Part shown: positions 26,857 to 40,618 of the stretch, in pieces
How the letters are laid out: each line of letters begins with the position of its first letter
Numbering within the stretch: the stretch's first letter is position 1
Origin: Yuukianura sp. NJ FZ-2021
Taxonomy: Eukaryota
Length of the DNA stretch: 64,000 bases
Assembly: GCA_046563655.1 (NCBI GenBank)
Contig: CM102283.1
Location: 7,192,001 to 7,256,000, forward strand
Direction of reading: 5' to 3'
Notes under the pieces: generated by a model
What the model was told of the DNA's origin: nothing
The model's database searches: none
The model's input: the letters and a program-made list of their open reading frames with translations, nothing else
Made by a program: the position numbers and the translations under genes

Positions 26857-29405
26857 TGCTTCAGTTTCTTCCTTTGTCTTCTAGCACTTGGGGAGATCCA
26901 ATTAAATCCAAAAGAGGACACTTCAAAAAAACGAAGGAGATTTCAAGTATCTGTCCATGAATACGTGTTTGTAAGTTTTTTCAAAAGATTTGATTGTAGG
27001 GTTCACTCAATCCGAAATTCAGGAAGGAAAAAGCAAAAAGTGAAGCAGGCACATGCCGGTACTAATTTTAAAATTTCAATGCACCACTTCAAGTGATTTT
27101 CCAAAAGCACAGTTATGCGTTTTAGAATTCTTTAGGAATTTGAACCCCTAAAATTTAGTTTTAATGTCCTTTGTTGATTATTTCAGAATTTTAGAAATTG
27201 TTTCTCCTTGTAGAAACTGAATACTTAAAACAATCTATTGCTAGCTTTAGTATTTTTGTATAGGAAATTGATTTTTAGCAAAAAGGAGTAAGGATTGATG
27301 CCATTATCGAGAAATCGGAACGTGATGAGGGAAACAATGCTGTTATTAATGCGTATCAAAAATAATGTTGTAAAATGAATTCGTCTAGAAAGTGAAAAAT
27401 GACTTTGACATTTTAACCAAAAATGTTTTATTCTTGAATTTTAGCGAACTTAAAATAATTTTATTCGTAAGCTCAATTTATTTTAAAAACTAACACAACC
27501 TATAATATTGTTTAGGCTAAAAAATTATGACGATTGCTGCGACGGCTGATTTAACAATAACGAAAATTAAGAGACTATAGAATTGATTTATAATAATTTA
27601 TGTTTAAATTATACATTCCTAAGTAATAATTTCCATAAACACAATGGTTAAAGCATCACATTCAGATCATGCGCAAAGGAAATACTGCACAAAGGTTGTA
27701 AAGACTTGAAAAAAATTTCACGATTGAGTGAGTTTTACTGAAAAAAAACACAAGGTTGATTTTGATGTCATATTTTGAAGAAAATGAAATAAAAGTTATG
27801 CAAAATAATTTTTGTTTTCCTTCTACTATGCTTTTTAGCAGATAATGAAAAAAGCTAATTTTTTAGTTTTTTTTTACAGAAAGCTTGAAATTTTTTTGAG
27901 TTTTGAAATTTTGGCAAAGTCTCTTTTGGTTTCCACACAGAAAGAGGATAAAGGAACGGAAATGAACAAAAGGAAGCAGAGATCATAACATTTTAATGAG
28001 GACGCTTGACTCATGTGACATCTCGACATCCTCTACATATGACCATGGTAAAGAAAAAGACTAAAAGCCTATTTTTCAAAAAGTCTACCATATTTTGAAA
28101 ATGTAACTAATACTGCTTTTGTCATTTTAGACCTGATGTGGCTTTTTTTCAAGGACTTACGATTTCGATGATGCTGGATGCTGCTTTTTCCCTAAGCTTT
28201 GGTCGATTTGACTCACATTTTCATCTTGCAATTTAAATTCTGTCTAACTGGTTCACTTATTGGTGTAGAAAAGTGAAGAAACTGGGCCCAATTAGTCTGG
28301 ATATTTCCTTTGAAACAGAAAGCTGGATATAGAATACTTGGAAGTACTGCGGAAGACGTAAGGGAGAAAGATGGAGGTTGTACACGAAGGAACGAAAAGC
28401 AAAAGCGGAAATGTTAAATTATTCAAACATCAATTCACTCTGGAGATGGAATGAAAAGTAGACCAGTATGAAGCCTAAGCTGTTGCAAAACCAAGGAGTA
28501 TTCTGGAATCTATATTCTATAAAACTTGTCAGATTCAATGAATTTTGAACTTAATTTTAACTTGTCTTGGATCTGTCTAGGAAGAAGACTTGCCAATTCC
28601 TTTGAAGTTTCAACACGCAAAGAAATGTCTCACTTTCTCTTTCGTTTTTGTGGATTCCTTTTTACTATACTTGAAGATTGTGTGTGGAATTGTGGATAGG
28701 AATGTGGTGAGTCTTCTAAAAAATAACTTTGAGGTTGAATTGATTTTTTAACTTCCAAGTTCATTTTCTTTCTAGGAAGAGCGGAAATGACGAAATCGGC
28801 TCTTCGGCTCTCATTTTGAATAGTTTGAAGAAATTAGATTTTATAATTGCAATGATCATGACCTGATATACTAAGTTTACTTTTTTGAATTTTGATTTTT
28901 CTCAGAAACTGGGGTTATGGTTTTCAAAAAAACAAGGCCAAAGTCATTAGTAAAAAAAAATATGCAATGCTCTTGCTACATCTTGCTCAAAAACTTTGTT
29001 TTTGATGTTTTAGAAAAAATTGCACCAAAGGAGAAATCAATTTCAATTACAAAATTGAATATTCTAAACTTTTTGTTTTGAAATCTACGACTCCGGAACA
29101 AATCAAGGTCACCTTAGATAGGATTACGGATATGGAAGAATGGACATAACCTTGACGATTGTTTTCGGTCTTTTCAAAGTGATATCGAATTCAGGTTCGT
29201 AGATTGTGTTTTGCGTGTCGATGTTTGTGACCTGACTATAGAAGTAGTAATTGGAACAAATTCTATAGTATTGCATAGCCAATTGGCCAATTAGGTAAAG
29301 GTTATGGAAGTAATATGACATTATATTACCGGAAACTTGGTAGTCAATTTGAACATTTCAAGTTTTGAGGTTACTCAATCGTTTTACCACTTCAAAAATC
29401 TCAAG

Positions 29406-30544
29406 ATGAAAGTCAGAACAATTGGAATTTTTTGGATTTTGGCTTTCTGTGTCTGTAATAAAACGGCGGTAAGCAACTAAAACAATTTCAAAACAAAAAT
29501 TAACTGTGTGTTGGATGTATCAATAAATTATTGTTCAAAAATATTTGTTTAATTGTTAGAAAGGCAACATTCTGCATGATATCAAACAAATAATCAAGGA
29601 GATTTTTGCCGGAGAGAGTGAGAGTACTGACACCAAAGAAGTAGAACGCGTGCGCAAGACCATGGCGGAATGGAAGACGTGTCTCGGAGTGCAACTTGAC
29701 AAAAAGGAACTGGATCATATCAATCATGACTGTGACGATGAATTTGACATTGGCGATGAACGGGATGCAAAGAAGAAGTCTCGGATCCAAAATTCGGCTT
29801 GTTACCGAGTCTGTCAGCTTGAAGAATTAGGCTGGGTAGGGTAAAGATTAGAATTTAAACATAACTCTACTTTTAAAAAACGAAGCAAAATTTTCGCATT
29901 TTTTTAAATTGTTGAATTCAGCTCCACGACAGTGACACTGAACACACGAGTGGTCCTTACTTCAACCACACAGCTATGGAAGCCTTTGTGAAAGCTACTT
30001 TTCCGGAGGCGATTCACGTTCAACTGAAAAAGAAAATTTCTAATTGCGCTCGAGCCGTGGGTAAGTTGGCATTCGTGATGCTAATTTAAGAAAACGTTTC
30101 AAAAAAGAGTTTTCTTTCAATTTTCTTTAAAAACTTTTTTGATATTTTCAATTTTCATATTTTGTTTTTAGACTCGTTCAATTACGAAAAGGCTTGCAAG
30201 AACTATAAAGTGTTTTTCAAATGTTTGGACAAGGCAATTCACGACGTAAGAAAACACAGACGTCTCAAAATTTTAACAAAATTCAGAATTTGAAAATATT
30301 TTCTGAACAAAGTTGAACCGATTTTACTTTTTGAATTTAGAAATGTAAAAGCAGACGTGCCAGAGGTGGGGCAACCACTGAAGCTCCAGGAGACGATGCC
30401 ACCACAGCAGGCGGGGAAGGTGAAGCCACCACTGAAGGTGGAGACGGTGAAGCCACCACAGAAGGCGGAGAAGGTGAAGGTGAAGCCACCACGGAAGCCT
30501 CTGCGGACGGAGATTCAGAAACTACTACTTCTGCAGATGAATAA
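29406..30544 (+). CDS. Secreted odorant-binding-protein (OBP)-fold protein with acidic Thr/Gly/Glu repeat tail (5 exons)
   Basis: Signal-peptide exon MKVRTIGIFWILAFCVCNKTA|gtaagc and four further phase-consistent exons. Cys spacing C-x16-C-x22-C-x3-C-x48-C-x12-C-x8-C-x8-C contains the OBP C-x3-C and C-x8-C core. The last exon encodes KCKSRRARGG(ATTE-G-rich)n...SADE*. Confidence 0.8.
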
Positions 30545-30967
30545 AAAATAAATTTTCAACCAATTCGTAAAATTCGAAATAAATCTTCAAAATTGGAATT
30601 TCTGACTAACCTGAAAAATTACGTCATTCCCCGTTTACATTAATTTTCCGGGGCGTCAAAGAATTTCCCAATTGACGTCCACTTCCGTCCTGAACGATGT
30701 CAATGGAGCCGCTGGATTTTTTGTTGTCCACTTTTCGTACGTTTTTAGCTAAAACATGCAAACACAAAAGTACAAAATATTCTTTTCAATTAGTAAATTC
30801 AAGTTGACTTTTAACTTTTTGTGTCACTTTTGCAGCCACTACCATCCTGTTTGGTATCGTTGTTATCGTGTCATCTTGAAGCCGCCTCCGCCCATTTGCT
30901 TGTTCGATTTTCCCGCCGCCAGAGAAAGCTCAAGGTTGCTTTAGCGCCCATTTATAGAAATACGCTT

Positions 30968-31132
30968 AACAGGTTCTGCCATAACTCAGGTTTTTTCAAA
31001 AAATTACGAAAAAAAGAACAACAAATATACGAGTCCCATTTACTTTACATGGCGAGAGGCCAAATTCAAATTTGCATACAAAAAATCAAAGCAAAAAATT
31101 TTATTAAAACATGAGTTATGGCATAACCTGTT
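30968..31132. mobile_element. MITE-like element with ~23-bp TIRs
   Basis: aacaggttctgccataactcagg versus catgagttatggcataacctgtt (21/23). If the ends are CAGG...CCTG, the flanks are TTAA and TTTA. A-rich interior. Confidence 0.75.
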
Positions 31133-33875
31133 TAAAAAAAAACAAACCAAATTTGGATTTAAACAACCTTGGAGAAGGCTGTGATGAGAATCCGATTGTG
31201 ACTTGGACGTGGGGAAAGTTGCGAAATTATGATTAGTTTTTTGGCACACTCCGTCCACACTCTTCTGCTAGATCTTCTGATCTCGCTCTCTCGCTCTTCT
31301 TCTATCATCATCTCCCTTGCTATTGTAACTAGCTGGAAAAAAACACAGAAAAAACGAAACCCGCCACTACGCCTGCCCCGTCCATCCGTCCATTGCCAAA
31401 ACCTGCTTCGTTCGAGCCTGCCACTTCCAAGAAGTTCCAAAAAGAACTTTTATAATACCAGGACTGCAGAGACTCCCCCAGTCCAACTTTGTCTTTTGGC
31501 CTTCGTGCACGGTTTGCCAAAAAGTTCTGTGTGACTTGGAGCAGCAAATATCCAATCCAATAAAGAAGTTCTCAGCCACATCCAACTTTATGCAAGTTTT
31601 TGGCATCTCTCTACCAAAGTGGAAAACCAGACTAGTAAAAGGAGCGAACTTGTCTAATTTTCAAGAAAGTTTGAAGTGAGCCTGGAAAAAGCCATTTCAA
31701 AATACTATATTTGGAGTCACTTCCAGAACTTATAGTGGTACTTAATATTCACTACGAAAGAGAATACAGTTGGAGGGCATGCCTACACAAAAGTTAAAGT
31801 GGAAGTTTAATTAATAGACCAACACGGAAAAACTCTAACTGTCTAACTTTCGTGAGTTACACAGTTAACCGCGTCACTTTCGTTCAAAAGTTTCAATTCA
31901 TACACTAAAAGCCTAACCTAGGTGTTCAAATTCTCATTTTTTTCACACTTTAAAAAATTTGTTGTTAAAAACCAAAGGATTTGCTCAGTGGATGCAGCAT
32001 TAACTTGACAGTTTCGAGATATAAGGCTATCATAAATCGGTTTGTTTAAAAAAAAACAAAAACAACTTTGTGAAACTCGTTTTTCAAAATTTCAAATTTC
32101 AATTTTGCAACACCCGAACCTATCCAACGTACAAAAAGCAAGAGGTTGCAGACTGTTTAACTTCCCGTGGGAAAAATAAGGTGAGAAATTTTCTGTTAAT
32201 CACTCTTTGTTTCAAGTTTTTCGTTTTAATTCAATTTAAGTACAATGCTAATTAACCGGTGCTCTTGACGTCAGTGCTGAAATTTTTTTTGTAGTAGTTT
32301 GGAATTGTAACTCAAACTGAAAAGTTTCCTAAAGCACATAAACTTAAATTGCAAGTTTTTGCACACAAGCAGACGCACGAACTTTTTTCGCATCAGTAAG
32401 CTGCTAAACTGAATTAGCGTCTCTAAGTTCCCACTCCCCACCCCCTTTTGGGTGGGAGATTGCTGTAATCAATTACGTAATTTGTGAATGCCACCACGCA
32501 AACAGAATTAAATCTAAAGAAAGCTGGAGAAAAGTTTAATAAGGATTTGTTGTGCTAAAAGGAATGCCTCGGAGGGGGAAAACTCCATCACCAGAAATAG
32601 GTTTTTGTGACTGTATTCACTTCCAGTACGCGGAAACATTTGAAATGAAGTTCGTATTTGGTAGTGTGACAGTGACAAATGGCTTCTAGCATCCAATCAT
32701 TATCAGTAACACTGAAAGCTTTGGCTCCATTGACGATATGGACCGAAAAGACCTTAACTTTATAAGCTAAAAGTGTTAACCCCTCGAGCAAGCACTGATT
32801 TTAGTTTCCAGGTCACGTGGGATAGGTTCAAAATGAGAAACAAGAAATATTGTTTAGAAAAAACGGTGCTTACGTGGTTCGCTTGTCTAATCGATGACAA
32901 GTTCCGCTTTCTCTTTTACTAAATCCATAGTATATGTACTCTGATCTTATGTATCTGATTCTCCTGCTGTCAGGAAATAGACAATGGACACGAGTCTTTG
33001 ACATTCCATGTCTTGAATTTTGAAATCTTCCACCAAAAAGGCTTCAGTCGACCAAGGATTTTCGAGTGGGTGCCTTTTTGACATTATTTTGGAACAAAAT
33101 CGATGGATTGATTATTTGGGGTTTTCTGGTGGTCGATTGGATCCTGGACATTTTGAAATTTTGGCGGCAAGCGGATTGACTTTCACTATGTTTTGCTCTT
33201 AAATCATAAAATGAATTCTCAAAATTATGACTTGTGTTAATTAGTTTAAAAAATTTTAGTAGAATTTTTGAAAACAGGAATTGTACACTTGAAATTTTGC
33301 AAAACGGAAGTCGCCCATCCTGTTCAGTATCAGCAAGTCTAGTCAAGCAAAAAAAAATTCTGCTTCAATGATCATCTGCACTTACCACATCATCATCAGC
33401 GTCACTTCAGTTGTGTAGCTTGGTTCAAAAAAAATTGTTCCGTCGTAGTTCAAAAAAGTCAATTTTTTAAAGAGGAAAGAAGAGGAAGTGGAGTCCTGTT
33501 TGAACATCCGATTCGAAAGTGGGACGGTGAATAGCTCGCGGGAAATTAAAACTGGGTACGAAGAGTCTCCATGCGTTTTCTGTTTTACCTTTTAAAGGTT
33601 TATGGATTATTCATTCAATACAGTTCGTTTGTAGTTTGTTTGAAATTTCTGTTCTAGCAGAACATTAACATTTGAAGTTACCGTGTTTACCGTAGAACGT
33701 TTTGAAACTGGCGCCACACCTCACCATTTCATGAAATGATGAAAGACAAAATAATTTTGTCCTGCAAAGAGTAAATTTTCAAAGCTTTCGTAACGGTACA
33801 CCTCGCTCTCATTTTTACAAAGGTACCGAAATCGGTCAAAGCTTTCTAATTTTTAGGTCGAGGTAAGGTTTAACT

Positions 33876-34063
33876 ATCGTCATTGTAGCCACACAGTGCA
33901 GCCACCATCTTGTGTGGCTGCAATAGACGGCTACTCCTAGTGGCAACATTTGTAGCCTCTAAGACTTAAAAAATTTAACCTAAAGCGGCAACATAATTAG
34001 CCGCACCGCGTAGCCATTCATTGAAGCCGCAAAGTGGCTACACAGTGCGGCTACAATAACGAT
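33876..34063. mobile_element. MITE-like element, copy B of the 'tgtagccac' family, 30-bp imperfect TIRs
   Basis: atcgtcattgtagccacacagtgcagccac matches the reverse complement of gtggctacacagtgcggctacaataacgat at 26/30. Second copy at ~10219. No clear TSD. Confidence 0.85.
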
Positions 34064-34897
34064 CGACAAGCCTCACCCCAACCAATTTTTGTTTTACATT
34101 ATTCAAAAAAAAACTCTAATTATGGAATTACGGTACTTTCTAAAGAAATTTCTTTTGTGTCGGTTTTCAAAAAAGGGTGGAATGAGGTGACCTAGTTTTG
34201 CTATTCCGCTTTCTGGACACAAAAGCGTCGTCGCGTTTGTTTGACTCGAATCTTCCACATGCAATATTAAATTGCAAGAGAGTCATTTTTAAAAACTGGA
34301 AACTTTTTTTTTGAAGTGTAGGACGACACGCGATGGATGTGAAAGGCACGTCAACTCTGTGCTAAACAAAATTTAAAACTTCATGTTTTCAGTTTTTTTT
34401 TCAAGGCGGCGAGGAAAGTGTTAATTAAATATTAAACTTCATAAGGCTTCCGGATTCTGAATAAGAAAACAAGCTTTTGGTACTTTTTTGAACAAAAGAA
34501 AGAAAATGGCAAAACTTTTTTCTTTTTTTTTAAGGAAGAAAGAAAGCCCTTGTGTACAGTTGAATTTTGATTTGAGATCCTTAGACATACTATCTACATG
34601 ATTTTTATTCTAAAAAAAGTTTTTGTTTGAAAACTTTTTAAAAAGTTTGAAAATTCGGTTTTTCAGAAACTAAATGGAGTAGAAAAAGTAGGTTTTCTTT
34701 TCGATTTCCTTTTCAGTCACTTACGACACAAAAGATTTTGAACTTTAGACTTTCTCTCTTCCCTTTGCGGAGATTTCATCTTCTGATTTCTATTTTAAGA
34801 ACTTGTTCTCAATTATCATAAGAATAGGATCAAGTGTAAGGTTCAGTGAGATTTTTTAGAAAAGATGAAGCGGGCCTTTTGTATGCTAACCTAACCT

Positions 34898-34952
34898 TAA
34901 CCTGACAAGAGGTGTTAGGCTAATCCTAACCTGACATGAGGTGTTAGGCTAA
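34898..34952. repeat. Two-copy ~29-bp direct repeat
   Basis: taacctgaca(a/t)gaggtgttaggctaa occurs twice. Confidence 0.85.
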
Positions 34953-35073
34953 AAATCTAAAACGAAAACTTGTGTTAGTTCAACCAGAGATTGGAATATT
35001 TTCTATTCCGGAAGATTCAGGACGCTCGACAGTTTCCGGCGGGAGTAGCGTTTTTTTTTAAATAAACGACTTT

Positions 35074-35152
35074 GTCATTTTGTAACGACAATTTTGTAAC
35101 GTCATTTTGAAAAGACATTTTGGAACGTCAATTTTATAACGTCATTTGGTAA
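35074..35152. repeat. Tandem ~14-bp repeat (gtcattttgtaac-like), about six copies
   Basis: gtcattttgtaac gacaattttgtaac gtcattttgaaaa gacattttggaac gtcaattttataac gtcatttggtaa. Confidence 0.8.
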
Positions 35153-38100
35153 AGCACTTTCCCAGGTGATTTACTCTTACTTTTTTCTCTGGCGTGCTTC
35201 ATTTTTTGGTAACGTTACTGCGCTGCGATGTGCTTTCAGCCTTGGCTGTTTTCTCTGAACTTTTTCCCAAATTTTTCTTTCTGAAGGGAGTAACTACCAC
35301 AAAAATGGCGGAGAAATTCAAGTGTCTTCTTTTGTTTACTTCCTCTCTTCATCCTTCCGTCGCTGCGACACCGTCAGTTCCAATCTTCACCGTAAGTGTC
35401 AACCCACCATCGTGGCGGCTCAAGTGCCCCACCCACCTTGTCTCCACCGCCCCACCAACTCCTGTCATTTTACATTTTCTTTTGCATCTCCACGTTCTGC
35501 AAGAACCAGGAAACCACACCTTGACGCTTTGAGTCTCCACACATACTTAGGCTATAGATCTTGTACATTTCCACTTTTACTTGCTTTCACTTCCGACAGT
35601 CTCACCTTACTAAATTCCCCAAGGAGAATCATATTACACGGCTCCTCAAGGAAACAAGTGTTGCGTAGTAACGGAATTACTATGCTGTTTCATACGATAT
35701 GCAAAAGGTTAACTACGGAAACCAAAAACGTAAGAGAAAGTAAAAAAAAAAGTAAGAGAAAGTAAAAAAAGTGACATTTCTTGCCACAAAGCTAAATTAA
35801 AACGCGCACTTTTTCAAAAAGACAAAAGAAAGAATTACAAAAGAAATGTGAGTGTAGAGCAAGAAAGTAATTCAAACATGAACGACTTTCCAAAAGAAAA
35901 AACTCTTACAATTCCGTAATCCTCTTAAGCTTTTGTTCCTAAAAGTCATTTCTCATTTGTCTAAAATTTTGAACCACTCGCGTCACAATTTAAAATTGTG
36001 AGATCCAAATGAGTTTAGTTTTCAAAAAGACGTAATTCAGATTTTGAAACTTTAGAAATTCCATAACAAAATCCGTGTGTTTTCTGTTTTTGGAGCTAAA
36101 AAGTTTTTCACTTTCTAAACAAACTTTTGAGTACAGAATTAAACCGGAATCAACCAGACTGTAATGGAGGCGCGGGTAAACTTGATTTTGAAACTAAAGT
36201 AACGACTTGCTGCTTTTAGAACAAACTGAATGGGCAGCGCAGCATGATGATTGCTTCACATTTTCCTTTATTGTTGGTCCATAAACCAAGATGATGTTCT
36301 AGAAGAGGCTGGATGACGTTCAGATTCAACATCATTGCAACTAGAACTTTCTCCTTTACGCATCGCACTAGACATTTTCAAAATTTCAAAAAAGAAAAAG
36401 AAAAACGATTTGTCTCCGTATGTGTCATCCTTTTTCAAGTCACAAAATCACGGGAGGTTTTTTCTAGAATTTTCCAGTTGACAACTGTCACGTAACTGTA
36501 ACGTTCTCTTTTTCAAAAAAAGATACTTGCGTTTCATGTTGTGGGGGCTTACGTTCAGAATGAAGAGAGAAATTTTGAAAATGGAGAAAGTCAAAAAAAA
36601 GAAAAAGAGAAAAATTTTGAAAATAGGAAAGTATCACAAGAGGGAAGGAATTTCAAAAGAGAAAGTGGCAGAATTTAGTCCCCTCTCGTCCCAGTGGTTA
36701 CGGAATGAGAAAATCTTTTTTTTTCACTCTTCTAGATTTTTTTGAAAAAAAAGAAAGCATGAGGGAGGAGAAAAGCGAACAGCTTTGCCCATTGAGGTTT
36801 CCAAATTTCTCAACCAGAAGAGACTTCCAGAAGATCGATCCATTTTCATCTGGGAGAAAGTGTACCTTTTCCTATGCTTTTTTTTGAAATCCTCATTTTT
36901 CGTAGATTTTATTCGAGTTGCCTTTTTGAAAAGTGGTAATAAAATGAACAAAATGAGGAGTTGTGATACTTATATTCTTCTCTTTTCTAGTTAGAGACCA
37001 CAAAAGTAGAGTATAGGATTCAAAGCAAACAGAGAGCCAAATTTTGTTTCCACAAAAATGCTGACGAGGCTGAATGTTAAAATTTTCTAGGAAAAAGGCT
37101 TTTGTTTTCACCTAATTACTTCTCTTGTCCAATTTAAAATTCAAGTTATTTTACTTGTCCCTGAGCCTTTTGGAATAATTTCGGTTTTGTAAAGTTCAAC
37201 ATAATTTAGAGTTTCTTTTTTGAATTTTTTCAAATTTTCTTTTTGAAAACAAGTTTGGTCGTAATTTACTGGCTTCTCATTAGTTTCCTTTTGCGTAGTA
37301 GATCTTGTTGTTAGACTCTTGGGACTTTTTGTTTAGATTTTAAGTTAGTTTTTTTAGTTAGATTTTCTTACACAAAAACCAAGATTTAGTACTGGTGAAG
37401 GTATAATGTGTCCCTGGGTCCGTTGGCATTATATTTTCAAAACCACTCGGCTTCTGTTTCTTTTCTAAGATGCTAGAGTGTTTTGGTTGTTTAGAAAAAT
37501 CGATTAGCATAGTAGAACAGGATCCACATGGTTTCGAATTACACGAAATGCTAAGAAGATTCCTTGTACCTCCATTCACCTTCCACACAGAGACAAACGT
37601 GGTTTCCAGGGAATGGATTAATGGAGGTTGTCACACAAGATGGATCCAAGGCCAAGTCTTTTGCCTTAGGTTTATAACGTGACATCGGGTTTAGTTTTTA
37701 ACGAAACGAATACTGGTTGGCCAATTTTGAAGAGAAAGTTGAGCAGTGGAAAGTAAAAAGCAGAACTTTCGTGGCCTAATTGAGCCCTTGGGAGAGAAGA
37801 TGGACAAGAATTGTACTTTTGCCATTGTTAAGGTTGTGGAAACACTTACACTTTCCATTTGGACACAACTTTCACCACGACAGCTTCACTAATGGTGAAT
37901 AGAAGATAGGAGTTATTGTTGTGATGTATCTCAACGTAATCTAACCGTCACTATCAGGTCCTCGAACCACTTTTAAATTAGTATCACATACCATTTCTGT
38001 CTTTCAAGTTACTGACATCACCATCTGTTATCTCTGTATTAACGAAAGTCATGTTAAACATAACCTTAACTTGATGTTGAGATCTAAACTTAGTGAAATT

Positions 38101-40618
38101 TAACGCATATTGTTCCGGATTTTGGAGAGAAAGAAAAAAATTGTCACAGTTTGAACAAAAAACTTGAAACGTCTAATTTTATTTTCAGGGTCGAACGAAA
38201 CCTAAAAATTTCGAACCTGGGAAAAATCAAAAATATTAACAATTTTTCATATTCTTATATTCGTACTCATTTTTATGGTTTAAAACATTTTGAAACTTTT
38301 TTGAACAGTGAAATTCAACTTCTGACTTTTTGGTTTTTACTCTCAGCCCAATATGGTTTGAGTTTTTAGAATTTTGGGCACGTTTAGTAACGAGATTCTA
38401 AAAACTAGAGTTGTAGTGAAAGTTGACTTTCGCTGAACCATGAAATTGTGTTCTCATGTTCACTTTTTCTTTAGTCTTTTTTTGAATGACTTTGGCAAGT
38501 GTTGGAGTTCTCATTTGAAAGTAGAGCCCAGAATAAATTATGTGGAAAATCAGTTGGCAAAGTACTGCAGAGGAGAGGATGAAGAGAGAAAGTTATCATA
38601 AAAATTCGGGAGCAATCTATAACCTATGTACTACTAAATTAACACTACTTTTCCAAAAAGTTGGAACCATTCCCAAATTGAGCATGTCGTTTAAATCAAC
38701 CTGAAAATTTAAACAATTGCGCGGTTTGTTCTTCCGCTTTTACTCTCTCAAATGAACCAGCATTTCGGTATGTTTGTTGATGTTTTGACTGAAACCGACA
38801 CTCGGTTTTATACACAATTTTGTTCCGTAATTAACTCAAAAACCGAAAGAACACCTTCAATCTTCATTACAGGCTCAACACCCTACCACATTTACCGCCA
38901 TAACACAAAAACACATTTTCAAAAGAACCGCCAACGACCAAAAACCTAACCAACCTAATATTTTCGTGTTGTGCTTATAGCATTATACCGACGGGAGGCT
39001 TTTTTTGTCCAAGGATAATTACATCATCGACTTTTTCTTTTTCTGGCTCAGAGTCTCAATCAATCTAATTCTTCCTGCAAAGGCTCAAAGAAAGTCCAAC
39101 TTTCCCCAATTCCCTTCTGATTGCCCTCCAGAATCAATTCCACACAAGGACTATAGCCTAACGTAGCCTAAGTTAGGTTAACCTAACAAGTATGAAGGAG
39201 AGAAGTCTCCTTTTTCAATTCAACTTACAAGTACCTCCACTTAACTCCCAAGTCCTTCCAACATTCTTTGCTCCACTGCCTCTCCTTACAGCTTATTCAA
39301 TAAGGGCATTGACCTTCACAGGTCACGCCTCACCTAACATTTCACTTTTCAAATCTCCCGGGAAATTTTTATCCCGCGCTTTCATGCTCCAACGACGGCC
39401 TCCAGTTCGTCAGTTTTTTTTAGAACCAAGGCGAGGATTAAGTCTTGACATGTGAAACGGCGATTAAAGTTGCGCTTATGTGCAGTGCGGTTAACGCTGA
39501 CGCTTGCTTCCACTTTTTGAAAAAGTGGCAGAGTTTGGAAAAGTTTCTGAGAAAATACACGTAGCGATGAATTTCAAATTGGATTTTCTGAAAAAAAAAG
39601 TTCATTGCGTAGCATTAATTTCTAAACTTTTTGAAAGTATTCTTCTAACTTGGGAGAAAGTTTTGAAACAAAAAACTTTCGTGGTGTCTTTTTTTTTTGA
39701 AAAACATAAGAGTATAAGTTAGGTTAATCAAAAATGTTGTGAAGTTATTTTTTGAAGAAGGTTAAAGTACAGTAAAGAAAATGGGTTGCGTTAGTTTATG
39801 TTCCAAAATCAATTAGAGAAGTAAATCCAATGGGAAATTAGTCCTGGCGTTTTTATTTCTGTTCAGAACAGAAGCTCATCCAATGGTAGTTGAACTTTAG
39901 CCGGGCAACGTTGAGCACTCAAAATGAGCAAGTTATGGGAAATTAAGTTAGTAAATCCAATGTTATGGTAGAGAAAGCAAAGGGAGAACTAGAGAGAGGG
40001 AAATCTTGTGCTCTGGAAAATAATAAAGTCTGCCAGCTCGGTTATTCGGCTGAGAGACTAATGAAATTCATTAATTAGTTTTGCAGCTCCAGCAGAGATC
40101 GAGCTTTCGTGTAGTGCAGTTTCCAGCGACTTTTGGAATCGCTGGAAACGACTGGAGAAAGTAAAAAGCAGTCTGACGCTGAAAGGACTCAAACGTCAAG
40201 GGAGTAGGCAAATTACATCCACCACTCGCGTTGACTTTGAGGGAACGTGACAGCCAAAGTGTCACTTCCAAAGTCACTCAGTTTTTTGACATGACAATTC
40301 GAGCGGCAAATTTCAAAAATTGAAAAATCAATGGCTATACAACACTAAACTAACAAAGGATTTACGTGATAACGATGAAACTATTAGCACTCTGAGAATA
40401 ATCGATTTTTTGGAAGATTTTTGAAGGCTGGATTTTATAGTCTTGAAAAAAAATTCTGCAAACCAATTTTTTGTGTGCTTTGGAAAAAAAAGGTTTTTGT
40501 CGATTTTGTTCCTGAAAGATTTTGTGAAAAAACAAGTTCTTGGTTGCTGTTTTAAATTCAAATTTTATAAAATCATTTACATTCAAATTTTGAATTTTTG
40601 GCGGGAAGATATTTGAGG

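Noticed and set aside
30357-30551. ORF-track peptide MPEVGQPLKLQETMPP...
   Set aside because: It is an alternative frame of the OBP-like last exon. The splice phase supports the ATTEGG frame.
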